Shown: positions 48,103 through 58,981, counted from the stretch's first letter. The stretch: 64,000 nt of DNA from an uncultured candidate division Zixibacteria bacterium (GCA_963806185.1 CAWDXE010000004.1:320001-384000); one strand, 5' to 3'. Made by a program: numbers and translations. Notes: a model not told the origin generated them from the sequence alone.

Positions 48103-48861
48103 GTGGTTAAACAGACGCTTTTCATCACGATCAACGCGATAGTCGCTTTCGCGATCGGCTTTGGTCTGTGGTACGGCGTGTTCCGTACCTCTGAGAATTC
48201 GATTGTTCACTCGATGTACAAGGGCGGCCCGCTGGTGGCTATCCTGGTCGGCGTGCTCTTCATGCTGCTGGTGTTTGTTATCGAGCGATACCTGTCCCTG
48301 TACAAGGTGGCCAAGGGCAAAAGCTCGGTGCAGGTCTTCTTCAAGAAGCTCATCACCCTGTTGCAGAACGACGATTTTGACGGTGCCCTGGCGGCCTGCG
48401 ACAAGCAGCGCGGCACCACTGCCAACGTCCTGCGCGCCGGTATCGAACGGTATCGCGATCTGCGCGGTGACAAGTCGATGGACGCGGAAAAGCGCATCCA
48501 GCTGACCCAGGCGGCCATCGAAGAAGCCAACGCGCTGGAAGGTCCGCTCCTTGAGCGCAACCTGATCGCCCTGTCGACCATCGCCTCGATCGCCACCATG
48601 ATCGGTCTGTTGGGTACGACGATCGGTATGATCCGCGCCTTCGCGGCCACCGGTAACGTCGAAGGCGGCGTCATCGACGCCACCCAGCTGGCGACCGGTA
48701 TTTCCGAGGCGCTGGTGAACACGGCCGGCGGGCTGATTTCCGGTATTCTCGGAATCTTCTTCTACAACTTCTTTGTTAATAAGGTGGACGCGTTCAACTA
48801 CACGACGGACGAAGCCACCTTTGAAGTGATGCAGCTGTTGAAGGCGAAAGAAGGCAAGTAA
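48103..48861 (+). CDS. exbB: MotA/TolQ/ExbB proton channel
   Basis: LSTIASIATMIGLLGTTIGMI.AF, LATGISEALVNTA.G. Confidence 0.92.
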   Translation: MVKQTLFITINAIVAFAIGFGLWYGVFRTSENSIVHSMYKGGPLVAILVGVLFMLLVFVIERYLSLYKVAKGKSSVQVFFKKLITLLQNDDFDGALAACDKQRGTTANVLRAGIERYRDLRGDKSMDAEKRIQLTQAAIEEANALEGPLLERNLIALSTIASIATMIGLLGTTIGMIRAFAATGNVEGGVIDATQLATGISEALVNTAGGLISGILGIFFYNFFVNKVDAFNYTTDEATFEVMQLLKAKEGK

Positions 48862-48863
48862 GT

Positions 48864-49344
48864 ATGGGGATCAAGAAGAAACGGCGGGTTTCGATTCGCA
48901 TCGACATGACGCCGATGGTCGATATCGCCTTTCTGTTGCTGATCTTCTATATGGCGACCACGCAGTTCAAACCACCGGAAGCGCGGGCGGTGGAACTGCC
49001 GAAGTCGCATTCGCAGATCGAATTGCCGGACAAGGACATTATCAATATCACGGTCACCAAGCAGGATTCGATCTACGTCGACTATATCGAGAAGGTGAAG
49101 ATGAACCTCGATGGCCAGGATGTCGAAACGACCGGCCGTCGGGTTCGCACCACCGACGCCTACGGGGTGGCGAATGAGATCAACCGTGCGCGCGCGAAGA
49201 ACTATCAAGGCGCTGGTCGTCATCAAAGGCGACCGCGGAGCCTCATTCGGCACCATGCAGGCGGTGATGAAACAGATGCAGGAGAACAGCCTCGAGCGGT
49301 TCCTCATTATCACGGATAATGAATCGGACGCCAAAAAGGGGTAA
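48864..49344 (+). CDS. exbD: ExbD/TolR family protein 1 (1 frameshift)
   Basis: IDMTPMVDIAFLLLIFYM; VVIKGDR.A.FG. Confidence 0.9.
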
Positions 49345-49414
49345 GTCGGGCGGAACCACCAGTGAGTTTCGCGGCCCGTTTCGGGCGCGGCTCACGAAGG
49401 GAGAGTGATCAGAG

Positions 49415-50070
49415 ATGGCCGGCGATGTTGTAGAACGACAAGCAAAAGGGCATAAGAAGGGTTTACGACGTCCCAAGCGCCGCGTGTCGATCCGTATCGA
49501 CATGACGCCGATGGTCGATATTGCGTTTCTGCTGCTGATTTTCTATATGGTGTCGACTGTGTTCGCGATGCCTCAGGCGATGGAAATCAACCTCCCGCCG
49601 AAAGAACAGAAGGATCCCATCGAGATCAAGGAATCCAACCTGCTCACTATTCGCGTTGACGGTGAAGGCCGGTACTGGTGGAACTTGAAGCAGCCGACCG
49701 CGGACAATCTGCCTCAGCTTGTTCCCAGCTACAAAGAGCAAGCCGGACTCGGTGGCGTACGCGTACAATTCGGATTCACTGCGCAGTCTGCTCGTCACCC
49801 AGAACCGGGCCAATGACAAGCTGAACACGCTGATCCTTATCAATGCGAAAGCGAAGTACGACGATCTGGTGAACATCCTTGACGAAATCGATGTCATCGA
49901 ACGTTCATGGAACGCTTATACCGCCGATCAGAAGAAGATCAAAGTTGAGCAGCTTTCCGAAAGAGGATAAGTTCTCCTACCGGTATGCGGTCGGTGACTG
50001 GGAGGCTCGCGACGATAAGATCATGGGCGAGGCTGTGACGGCCGCGCAACTGAAAGGGGAGTTGAGGTAA
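49415..50070 (+). CDS. exbD: ExbD/TolR family protein 2 (2 frameshifts)
   Basis: IDMTPMVDIAFLLLIFYM; AKYDDLVNILDEI. Confidence 0.88.
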
Positions 50071-50816
50071 TGGCAAACCACATCAATGCCGCCCTGTACT
50101 CGCCGTACGGTGCGTATGAACTGAAGGCGAAGTACCAGCGGAATTTCCTGATGGCGACCGCCTCGATGGTGGCGTTCGTCATCCTCTTTCTGATCGTCGT
50201 TTGGGGCATCTATGCGATGAACAAAGAAGATACTACGGTCATCCCCAGCACAGTCATCAAGACGATCGCGGAACTGGGCCCGCCGCCGACGGTGGCCAAG
50301 CGTCCGCCGCAGGTACAGGTCCAACAGCCAAATGTGGCCGTGCCAAAAGTCGGTATTCCGGTCCCGGTGGCTGACGAACAGGCAATGGACGACGACGTGG
50401 TGCTGGCGACCAAGGAAGAGCTGGCTGATATCGTGGCTCCGGACATTTCCGCCGGCGATGCGAGCGGTGATATCACGGTCGACATCACCGCAGAGGAATA
50501 TCTTCCGGCGCCGGACGAGTTTGTGGCGGTGGAAATCCAGCCGGAGATGATTCATGAGGCGACGCCGGAATATCCGCGACTGGCCAAACAGGCCCAGCTG
50601 GAGGGTGTCGTGTGGGTAAAGGCGCTGGTTGATAAAGATGGAAACGTACGAGACGTCGCAAATCGGCCAAGACGTCGGGCACGCCGTCCCTTGACGAGGC
50701 GGCGGTAAAGGCGGGATGCCTATTCGAACAAGTTCAAGCCGGCTATTCAAAACGGCCGTCCAGTCGCAATTTGGGTGACCTACAAAGTTGATTTCAAGCT
50801 CAACGCCGGTGGCTGA
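50070..50816 (+). CDS. tonB: TonB energy transducer (frameshifts in CTD)
   Basis: YGAYELK..Y.RN N-terminus, TM helix, Pro-rich linker, PEYPRLAKQAQLEGVVWVKALVDKDG...KFKPAIQNGRPV. Confidence 0.9.
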
Positions 50817-50838
50817 GAAGGACGAGCTTTCTCGTTGT

Positions 50839-50869
50839 GAGGGCGGCACCGAACGGTGTCGCCTTTTTT
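50839..50869 (+). terminator. rho-independent terminator after tonB
   Basis: AGGGCGGCACC-GAAC-GGTGTCGCCTT then T-tract. Confidence 0.8.
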
Positions 50870-50897
50870 GTAATTATCGGGCAATGCGTTGCAGGAC

Positions 50898-52329
50898 TTA
50901 TAGTAAGTGCCGCTTGATGTAGTCGATCAGATTGCTGCGGTCAATCGTTTCCTGAAATCCCTCGGCTGACAGCCATTCCTCCCGGTCGCTCGTCTGTTGT
51001 GCCTTTTCAGCGCCGGCGGCCAGATTCTTGACTGTCACCTTGCCGGTGTCGAACTCGTTGGAGCCGGCGATCACGGCGAAGGGGATGCCGACCTTGTCGC
51101 CGTACTTGACCTGCTTTGACAGGTTCTTTGTATCGCCGACGAATATCTCGGCCGGAATGCCCGCCGCCCTCAATTCCATGACCATCTTGAGGTAGTCCGG
51201 AATTCTATCGCGATCCATCGTGGTGACGAGCACCTTCGACGTCGAGGATTCCAATCTGAGGGCCTTCAACTGAAGAAGGGCGGCAAGAAGTCTATCGACG
51301 CCAATTGATGTCCCTACGGCCGGTATAGAGCGTCCCAGGAACCTGTCCACGAGATTGTCGTACCGTCCGCCGCTGAATACCGAGCCGAATTCGGGTAAGA
51401 TCGAGCAGAGTGGTCTCAAAAACCGGACCAGTATAGTAGCCTAACCCGCGGACGATGGTCAGGTCGACGGAAGCTCTCTCCTTGGAGACTCCCAGAGCAT
51501 TCAGAAGGACCTGAATCTGCCGCAGTTCGTCGATGCCCTGCCGGGCTGTATCGAAATTGCCGAGCAAGTGGTCGGCCTGATCGAGCGGGTCGTTGTCGGG
51601 GTGAGCGGCCATGTCCAGAAAGGTCTCGAGTTTGGAGATTTGAGCAGACTCCAGATTGAGTCCGGCGATCTTGTCACCGGAGGCATCAGTTCGGCCGGGG
51701 CCGAGTTCGAGCAGAACCGCCTGTTTGCCCTGTTTCTCCAGTTTGTCGATCACGCGCATAACGTCGGCGCCACGTTCGGCGGGAATGCCGGCATACTCCA
51801 CCAGACCATTGAGAATCTTCCGATCGGAGTAGCGCACGCGGAAATTGCGGACGGCCAGATGCTCCAGAGTGACGACCATGGCGGCGATGATTTCGGCGTC
51901 GGCGAGCAGATTCTGAGTGCCGACGATGTCGAAATCGAACTGCATGAATTCGCGGAATCGGCCCGGTCCGGGTTTGTCGACGCGCCAGACATTGCCGTAC
52001 TGGTAGCGGCGGAACGGCAGCGGCAAATCCGGATGCATGGCGACGAACCGAGCGAGGGAGAGCGTGAATTCGTAACGGAGGGACATGTCGACGTCGTCGG
52101 GTCCCTTGAAGCCAAACAGCTCGGCCAGTGAATCCTGGGAGTAGTGTGAGCCGAGGAGTGTTTCGGCGAATTCAAGGGCGGCTGTCTGCAAAGGCAGAAA
52201 GCCCATGAGTTCCGCGGAGGCGCGGATCTTGCCGAGCATGTTCTCGCGGGCGATTTGTTCCTGCGGCGGATAGTCGCGAAAGCCTTTGAGCAGCTGCGGG
52301 GTGACGCGATTTGGTTTTTGTTTGGCCAT
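50898..52329 (-). CDS. hisS: histidine--tRNA ligase (1 frameshift)
   Basis: LKGFRDY, SLRYEFT, GRFREFMQ.D.D, VRGLGYYTG, GGRYDNL, SIGVDRL. Confidence 0.96.
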
Positions 52330-52476
52330 ACGAAGTTGATTTGTTCTCCAATTATCGGGGATAATGTACGGCTTTTTTGGGACCGGCAAAGCGGTTTTTG
52401 GGTTTCGGTTCTGCTTGCGTCGCGCCCGGTTTGGCGGCAGATTGGGGCAAATTTGGTCAATGGGAGTAAGGGAGTT

Positions 52477-53814
52477 ATGCGGCGAGTATGTCTGTTGTCA
52501 TGTGGGCTTGCGATCGTGCTGGCGGTTTCGGTGTCGGCCCAGCCGAGTGATCGCGACGCCCTGGAGAAGAAGGCTCTAGCTTTTGCGCAGAGCTTCTTTG
52601 AAGATCGCTTCGACGACGTGCAAAAGATGTTTGACGATCGGATGCGAGCAGCGCTGTCCAAGGACAAGTTCGAGGAGGTGCGCGAATCGGTCGTAGGGCA
52701 GTTTGGCTCATTCAACGGATTGCTGGGCGTCCGCTTTGAAAAGATGAATGTGTATGACATCGTGTATGTCACCTGCCAATTTGCGCAGGATCGGCTGGAT
52801 GCCAAAGTTGTGTTCGACACGGCCCGTCAGGTGAGCGGGTTGTTTTTTGTGCCGCCGCCTCCCACCGAGGAGTACCAGCTTCCTGTCTACGCCCGGCCAT
52901 CGAGCTTCCGCGATACAACCGTCACGTTGAATAAGGGGACGGCGCTCGAACTTGAGGGGACATTGTCGGTGCCGCAGGCCGGTGGTCCGTTTCCGTGTGT
53001 GATATTGGTTCACGGGTCCGGGCCGAATGATCGTGATGAAACGTTGGGAGCGCAAAAGCCGTTCAAGGACATTGCGTCGGGGCTGGCTTCGCAGGGTATC
53101 GCGGTGTTACGCTACGACAAGCGAACGCGGATTCACGCCGATCTGGCGGCCGCCGATTCCAATTTCACGGTGAAGGAAGAGACAATCGACGATGCCGTGG
53201 AGGCCGTCCGGTTGGCGCGGGAGTGTCCCTTGATAGACGGCGCAAAGGTTTTCGTCCTGGGACATTCGCTCGGGGCAATGGTGATGCCGCGTATCGCCGA
53301 GCGGCTGCCTGAAGCGGCCGGGTTCATCCTGTTAGCGGCGCCGAATCGGTCACTCGAGGAAGTGTATCTCACCCAGACGGAGTACATCGTAATGCTGGAC
53401 GGCAAGATGTCCGGGGCCGACAGCGCGAGCATGAAGGCAGTGGCGGAAGCGGTGGGCAGCGTGCGAGGACTGAAGGTCGGAGGGCCGGCACTTCCGCGAG
53501 ATTCTCTGTTAGGCTCGCCGATGTCATACTGGCTTGATCTGCAAGCATACGTTCCGGCGCAGATGGCCGAATCTATTACCAAGCCGATATTCCTGCTGCA
53601 GGGCGACCGTGACTACCAGGTTACGAAGGTCGATTTCTCCGCCTGGCAGAAGGCGCTCAAGGGCAAAACCAATGCCACTCTGAAATTGTACCCCCGGCTG
53701 AATCACCTGTTTGTGGAAGGGGATGCGAAATCGTCTCCGGCCGACTACAATCGTCCGGGCAATGTCGCCCAGGTGGTCGTCGACGACGTAGCCGGCTGGA
53801 TAAAGGCGCATTGA
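52477..53814 (+). CDS. secreted alpha/beta hydrolase with N-terminal DUF3887-like domain
   Basis: Signal peptide; VHGSGPNDRDE, LRYDKR, GHSLG, GDRDYQV, LNHLF. Confidence 0.88.
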   Translation: MRRVCLLSCGLAIVLAVSVSAQPSDRDALEKKALAFAQSFFEDRFDDVQKMFDDRMRAALSKDKFEEVRESVVGQFGSFNGLLGVRFEKMNVYDIVYVTCQFAQDRLDAKVVFDTARQVSGLFFVPPPPTEEYQLPVYARPSSFRDTTVTLNKGTALELEGTLSVPQAGGPFPCVILVHGSGPNDRDETLGAQKPFKDIASGLASQGIAVLRYDKRTRIHADLAAADSNFTVKEETIDDAVEAVRLARECPLIDGAKVFVLGHSLGAMVMPRIAERLPEAAGFILLAAPNRSLEEVYLTQTEYIVMLDGKMSGADSASMKAVAEAVGSVRGLKVGGPALPRDSLLGSPMSYWLDLQAYVPAQMAESITKPIFLLQGDRDYQVTKVDFSAWQKALKGKTNATLKLYPRLNHLFVEGDAKSSPADYNRPGNVAQVVVDDVAGWIKAH

Positions 53815-53938
53815 CATTCGCATGACATTGTGACCTGATTTTGTCGATGATTGTAACGGTGAGACGGCAATTCGTTGACTTGAGTCAAGGCCGATACGCG
53901 GGCAACGTCCGATCATTGGTGATGAAAGGACATGGCCT

Positions 53939-55000
53939 ATGGCGACCCTGACGATGCTCGACACCGAAACGCGAAAATTGATCCCGGCGAAAGTATGCGC
54001 CACCGATTCGGTCCAGAAGTGGCGTTTCTACAGCCAGCTTTTCTCCGTCGGCATCAATTTCTGGATCGGCGTCCAGTTTTTCCTGTTTGTCCGTTACTGC
54101 GAGAGCGGGGGAATAGGCTGGAATGTCGGCCGTCCGCCGGGGGTTGAAGGCTGGCTGCCGATCGGTGCGCTGGTTTCGCTTCGCTACTGGTGGGAGACCG
54201 GAATAGTAAATAACGTCCATCCGGCAGGACTTATCATTTTCGCCGTCATTTTGTTGACGGCATTCATCTTCAAGAAGGGCTTCTGTTCCTGGATATGTCC
54301 GATTGGGTTCGTATCGGAGATGCTGGGCGCCGTGGGCGACCGTATTTGGCGCCGGCGGATACTTCCTCCCAAGTGGCTTGACTGGCCGCTCCGCTCCCTT
54401 AAGTACATCATTTTCGGCTTATTCATCTACGCCGTGTTCATCAGCATGAATTCCGCGGCGATCAAGTCCTTTCTCTTTTCGGAGTACAACACGGTGGCCG
54501 ACGTACTCATGCTCAAGTTCTTCACCGATATCAGCCTGTTGGCACTGGCGGTGATCGGAGCACTCGTCCTGCTCTCGCTCGTGGTGCGCGGCTTCTGGTG
54601 CCGTTATCTCTGCCCGTACGGCGCTCTGCTCGGTGTCGCCAGTCTGCTCTCACCCACGCGAATCGCACGCCGGCAATCATCCTGTATCGATTGCACCGCG
54701 TGCCGCCGGTCCTGCCCGTCATTTATCAAGGTAGACCAGGTGGCGCAGGTCAATTCGGACGAGTGTTCCGGGTGCATGGCCTGCGTGGACGGCTGCCCGG
54801 TCAAGAAGACGCTCCAAGTGGCGGTGATTCGACGCCGATGGACTATCTCGGCTCGGGCGTGGGCGATTTCCCTGCTTATCTTCTTCTGGGGTTCACTGCT
54901 CGCCTTCAAGGTGTTTGGACCGTGGGATAACGATGTCGCGACCGAGCGATATATTCAAATGATGGACGGGGTCAACAAAGGGCAGTATCTTCACCCGTAG
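53939..55000 (+). CDS. 4Fe-4S binding membrane protein (NapH/MauN-like)
   Basis: FCSWICP, WCRYLCPYG, CIDCTAC...CP and CSGCMAC...CP ferredoxin motifs. Confidence 0.9.
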   Translation: MATLTMLDTETRKLIPAKVCATDSVQKWRFYSQLFSVGINFWIGVQFFLFVRYCESGGIGWNVGRPPGVEGWLPIGALVSLRYWWETGIVNNVHPAGLIIFAVILLTAFIFKKGFCSWICPIGFVSEMLGAVGDRIWRRRILPPKWLDWPLRSLKYIIFGLFIYAVFISMNSAAIKSFLFSEYNTVADVLMLKFFTDISLLALAVIGALVLLSLVVRGFWCRYLCPYGALLGVASLLSPTRIARRQSSCIDCTACRRSCPSFIKVDQVAQVNSDECSGCMACVDGCPVKKTLQVAVIRRRWTISARAWAISLLIFFWGSLLAFKVFGPWDNDVATERYIQMMDGVNKGQYLHP

Positions 55001-55007
55001 GTGCATT

Positions 55008-55775
55008 ATGGCCAGGAAACAAACAGCATCATTTTTCGACGCCTATGCGCACGAATATGACCATCTGACCGCGGCTGCTTCGCGCGAGACGGTTCATCGC
55101 AAGGAAGTGGAGGCCATCGTGGCGCGTTTTCAGCCGACCAGGGTGCTCGATGCCGGCTGCGCCACCGGATTGACAACCCGGCTGTTTGCGGCGGCGGGTG
55201 TGAAGGCTGTCGGGCTTGACCGATCGGCGCCAATTCTGGCGGAAGCGCGGCGGATTGCCGCCGAACAAGGGGTGGCAGTCGAGTTTGTGGAAGGTCAATT
55301 TGAGAAGCTGCCGAAGTCGTTTGACAGTCAGTTTGATCTGATCGTCTGCCTGGCCAACAGCATTGCCGGCGTGAATACGGAAGCGGCGCTGTTACGCAGC
55401 CTGAAGAGTTTTTATCGCTCCGTGTCGCCGGGGGGGAGGCTCGTGCTTCAGATGTTGAATTACGCGGTGGTTCGTGAAGGCGAAATCCGTCCGGTTCGCG
55501 TGACGGAGTACAACAATATCGTGTACGCTCGTTATCAAGAACGGATTGGCCGAAAAATCATTTTGCACATTATTCGAATTGATCGCGATCAGGCACCGCC
55601 GTCGCTGGAGGTTTTTGTACATGCCAGCGACAATTTCGCTCCCCCCCAGGTCCTGAAAGCCGTTCGTGCGGCGGGTTTCGCCAAGGTTGGTCGTTTCGCT
55701 GACCTGGCGCTTACCGAGCCATTCCAGCCGTCCTCTCGCGACCTGGTCATTGTGGCGAACCGACCCGTTCGCTAG
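55008..55775 (+). CDS. class I SAM-dependent methyltransferase
   Basis: RVLDAGCATG, GLDRS, FDLIVC, PGGRLV. Confidence 0.9.
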   Translation: MARKQTASFFDAYAHEYDHLTAAASRETVHRKEVEAIVARFQPTRVLDAGCATGLTTRLFAAAGVKAVGLDRSAPILAEARRIAAEQGVAVEFVEGQFEKLPKSFDSQFDLIVCLANSIAGVNTEAALLRSLKSFYRSVSPGGRLVLQMLNYAVVREGEIRPVRVTEYNNIVYARYQERIGRKIILHIIRIDRDQAPPSLEVFVHASDNFAPPQVLKAVRAAGFAKVGRFADLALTEPFQPSSRDLVIVANRPVR

Positions 55776-55790
55776 GGTGACCGATTCTGT

Positions 55791-55818
55791 TTGACAACCG
55801 CAGGCGGATGTCTATCTT
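55791..55818 (+). promoter_or_regulatory. sigma70-type promoter
   Basis: TTGACA-16 nt-TATCTT just before ATG at 55831. Confidence 0.5.
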
Positions 55819-55830
55819 CTCACAATTCGT

Positions 55831-57354
55831 ATGAGAATACTGCACTACATAGTCATCGGCCTGTTGTCATCTCCCGCTTTCGGACAGACCCCCATATCAA
55901 CTCCTCCGGTCAAATCCGTTATTGACTATCGTCCAATAGGCGAGATGCGCATCTGGACGTTTGTCTCCCGCGACAGCACGCTGGGGAGACTCATCTCCGT
56001 GGTAAGAGAAACCAAGAATGTCAATGGGCGCGAGGGGGTGGTAATTCAACAGGAGATGGCGCTGGATATGTCCAAGATCGGCGGTGTGCCGATGGCCAAG
56101 TCGAGCGGTCACCGCTGGATTGCGCTTGATGGCGGCTATCTCGGCGAAGAGACGAAATTGATTTCGGAGGACCAAACCAACGACGTCAGGCTGGAGGTCG
56201 ACGGAAAGCGCCTTACCGGCTATTTCACACGCGGCGACGACAAGGTGGAACAGGACATAGCCTGGCCCGGAAATCGTTTTGTCATCGATCCGTATTTTGC
56301 CGACGAGATGGAGTTATTCCTGGCCCGCCGTGGTTTGAAGGTGGGTGAGACATTTGCGGATACGGTATTTTCGGCCCAGACATTGCTCTTCTCCTCTGTA
56401 GCTGGGGAGGTTCGGGATTTCATTTACACTGAGTTGTACAAGGGGCGCTTTGATTCGGTCTTTGTCATTCAGATGACCCAGCCGGAGGTACAGACGCTTC
56501 TGGTCACTCGCGACTTTCGGCTGCTCAGAATGGATTTCACTGAGCACGGGAGACTACGGGCCTATTTGGATCGAGTAGCCATGCCGCAGGCCGATGTGGC
56601 AAAGACAACTCCAGTGGCAAGACCGCTGACGACAATCGAAAAGGTTATGCGTCTGGCTCATTGGGGCGTATATCTCCTTCTGAGCGCCGTAATCCTGTGG
56701 CTCTTTGCGCGTCGCCGAATTCGTTTCCTGCCCAACTGGGTGGGACTTCTGGGTGGCGGTCTCATCTATGTTCTGGTGATTTTTCTTCAGACACCGCTAC
56801 AAACTTGGCTGATCACCAAGTTGGTTTCCCCGACGGCGAGCAGCGGAATAATCCTGCTTGGAGGGGTATTGCCCAGCCTGGTCGCCGGGTTCTTTCAGGA
56901 AGGGGTCATTCTCGCCCTCTTGCAGCAAATTGCCCGTCAGTTTCAATTGCCGCGTTTCCGGATGCCCGTGATTGGAGCGTTTGTCGGAGCCGGCTTTGCC
57001 ATTTTTGAGGCGCTCTATCTCACCGTGCCCGGACCACTCATTGGCGGGCAGCTTGTTGAGCGGTCATTTTTGCTGCTGTTTCATATTTCTGCCGGTTATC
57101 TGATGGGGTATTTGCTCGCCTTGCGCTGGAAGGTATGGGGCGGATGGACAGCACTGGCGGTGGCGAATTCTCTGATTCGATTCTTGCCGATGCTGATCTT
57201 ACAGCGACTCGTGAGTATCGAACTGCTGCATTTGTTTGCGATCGTTATTTCGCTGGCCGTGGCGGCCGGGGCTGTGCTCATCACGCGAAAGCAGTTGCCG
57301 GCGCCCGAGGCGGGTTCGGCCTCAGGGGCAGGCGCCGAGAATCCTTTAACTTGA
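55831..57354 (+). CDS. secreted beta-domain fused to YhfC/PrsW-like intramembrane protease domain
   Basis: Signal peptide, soluble N-half, multi-TM C-half with AGFFQE, GAGFAIFE, ER......H motifs. Confidence 0.65.
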   Translation: MRILHYIVIGLLSSPAFGQTPISTPPVKSVIDYRPIGEMRIWTFVSRDSTLGRLISVVRETKNVNGREGVVIQQEMALDMSKIGGVPMAKSSGHRWIALDGGYLGEETKLISEDQTNDVRLEVDGKRLTGYFTRGDDKVEQDIAWPGNRFVIDPYFADEMELFLARRGLKVGETFADTVFSAQTLLFSSVAGEVRDFIYTELYKGRFDSVFVIQMTQPEVQTLLVTRDFRLLRMDFTEHGRLRAYLDRVAMPQADVAKTTPVARPLTTIEKVMRLAHWGVYLLLSAVILWLFARRRIRFLPNWVGLLGGGLIYVLVIFLQTPLQTWLITKLVSPTASSGIILLGGVLPSLVAGFFQEGVILALLQQIARQFQLPRFRMPVIGAFVGAGFAIFEALYLTVPGPLIGGQLVERSFLLLFHISAGYLMGYLLALRWKVWGGWTALAVANSLIRFLPMLILQRLVSIELLHLFAIVISLAVAAGAVLITRKQLPAPEAGSASGAGAENPLT

Positions 57355-57379
57355 CTTCATCGCAAGTGCCGTCTATGTT
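57351..57379 (+). promoter_or_regulatory. sigma70-type promoter for ROK kinase
   Basis: TTGACT-17 nt-TATGTT. Confidence 0.55.
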
Positions 57380-57462
57380 TACGCGCGAATTGTGATCTGA
57401 AAGGACTTGACGCGCTTCGTCTCATTGTTAACCATTTCGAGTGCCCATAGTTAGCCCCTATT

Positions 57463-58434
57463 ATGCCCGCACACCAAGCCTATGCCGGGATTGATATTGG
57501 CGGCACCAATATCAAGTACGGTTTAATCGATCCAAACGGAAAGGTGCTCTTCAAGGAGCAGCGTCCCACCCTTGTCGAAAAGGGTGCCGAACCGTTGATG
57601 CACCTGGTGGCCAACATCTCGGAGTCGTTGCTTTACTTTGCGGCTGAAGAAGACTATGAGATTCGCTGGCTGGGCGTGGGTACGCCTGGGGCGGTGGACG
57701 CGAAGTCCGGGAAAGTAATCGGATTGTCGCCTCAAATTGCCGGCTGGCAGGGAATGGAGATCGGCCAGATTCTGAAGGAACGGCTCAATCTCCCGGTTCT
57801 GGTGGACAACGACGTCAATGCCATGGCTTTGGGCGAAGCACGCTTTGGCGCCGGCATAGGCTATCGGTCCGTGGTCTGTGCTGCCGTCGGCACAGGTGTC
57901 GGTGGTGGGATCATTCTGGAAGGTCGGCTCTGGCGTGGGTTCAGTCATACCGCCGGTGAGATCGGTCATACGGCGATCAATTTCGAGGGTCCGTCCTGTC
58001 GCTGTGGCCAGAAGGGATGCGTGGAGGTATATTGCTCGTCTCAGGCGATTATCGCCCGAATGGGTGCTCGACTGAAGCGGGGAATGACGTCGACGTTCGA
58101 GGAAGTGCTTGACGGCAATCTTGACAACTTGAGTATTAAGAAGATCTTTCAGGCCGCCAAGAAGGGCGACCCAGCAGCCCGCGAAGTGATCGAAGAATCG
58201 GCCGACTATCTGGCCATTGGGCTGGCAAATGCGGTAAACCTTTTGAACCCCGATATCGTAGTAGTTGGAGGCGGCGTGGCCGAAGGTGGAGGTGGGTTTG
58301 TCGAAGCGGTGGCCGCCGGGATTCGCAAGCGAGCATTGGAATCGGCCACCAAAGATCTCCGGGTGACGCGGGCGACTCTGGGTAATGACGCCGGTTTTAT
58401 CGGGGCAAGTATATTAGGTGAAGTGCGAGGATAA
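57463..58434 (+). CDS. ROK-family sugar kinase (glucokinase-like)
   Basis: GIDIGGT, DNDVNA.ALGE, GTGVGGG, AGEIGH, C.CG..GC.E. Confidence 0.92.
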   Translation: MPAHQAYAGIDIGGTNIKYGLIDPNGKVLFKEQRPTLVEKGAEPLMHLVANISESLLYFAAEEDYEIRWLGVGTPGAVDAKSGKVIGLSPQIAGWQGMEIGQILKERLNLPVLVDNDVNAMALGEARFGAGIGYRSVVCAAVGTGVGGGIILEGRLWRGFSHTAGEIGHTAINFEGPSCRCGQKGCVEVYCSSQAIIARMGARLKRGMTSTFEEVLDGNLDNLSIKKIFQAAKKGDPAAREVIEESADYLAIGLANAVNLLNPDIVVVGGGVAEGGGGFVEAVAAGIRKRALESATKDLRVTRATLGNDAGFIGASILGEVRG

Positions 58435-58435
58435 T

Positions 58436-58822
58436 GTGAATACACCAGAAAATGCGCTTGCGTCGCGCCGGCCGGTGACGTTTTACATTGCCAGTTGGTA
58501 TGGCCTGATCGTCGCGTGGATGTTCATGTTGTACGGCGGCGTGAAGATGATCCTTGGCATGCTTGATCACTCGTACGAAGGCATGGGAGAGTTGCTGATC
58601 TTCCTGCTTATCGGCATACTCATGTTCCTGACCGTCTCCGGGTTGCGTATGCTCAAAGAGTGGGGATGGTATGGGCAACTGGTGGTCAACGGCTTGATAA
58701 TTATCCTGGCGCTGTTCGGACTCAAGCAGATGGGAAACGTGATTTTGCTGGTATTTTCCGCGGCAGCCATGGCCGCGCTTCTGGCTCCTCCGACCAAGGC
58801 GCTCTTTTTCCCACGGCCGTAA
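58436..58822 (+). CDS. hypothetical 4-TM membrane protein
   Basis: Four hydrophobic segments, starts directly after ROK stop. Confidence 0.7.
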   Translation: MNTPENALASRRPVTFYIASWYGLIVAWMFMLYGGVKMILGMLDHSYEGMGELLIFLLIGILMFLTVSGLRMLKEWGWYGQLVVNGLIIILALFGLKQMGNVILLVFSAAAMAALLAPPTKALFFPRP

Positions 58823-58829
58823 AACGGCC

Positions 58830-58857
58830 TTGACATCACGGCAAAAGTCGGTAATTT
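58830..58857 (+). promoter_or_regulatory. sigma70-type promoter for tRNA-Phe
   Basis: TTGACA-16 nt-TAATTT. Confidence 0.55.
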
Positions 58858-58883
58858 GCCCAGCCTACATTTGACTGATCCCT

Positions 58884-58956
<73 letters not shown>

Positions 58957-58981
58957 TTTTTTTATTTCTGCCGACAGGCCC

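Noticed and set aside
48885..49551. Near-identical ~70-nt segments in the two exbD genes as a DNA repeat or DGR-like template/variable pair
   Set aside because: Encodes the conserved ExbD TM motif, differences are synonymous, and there is no reverse transcriptase
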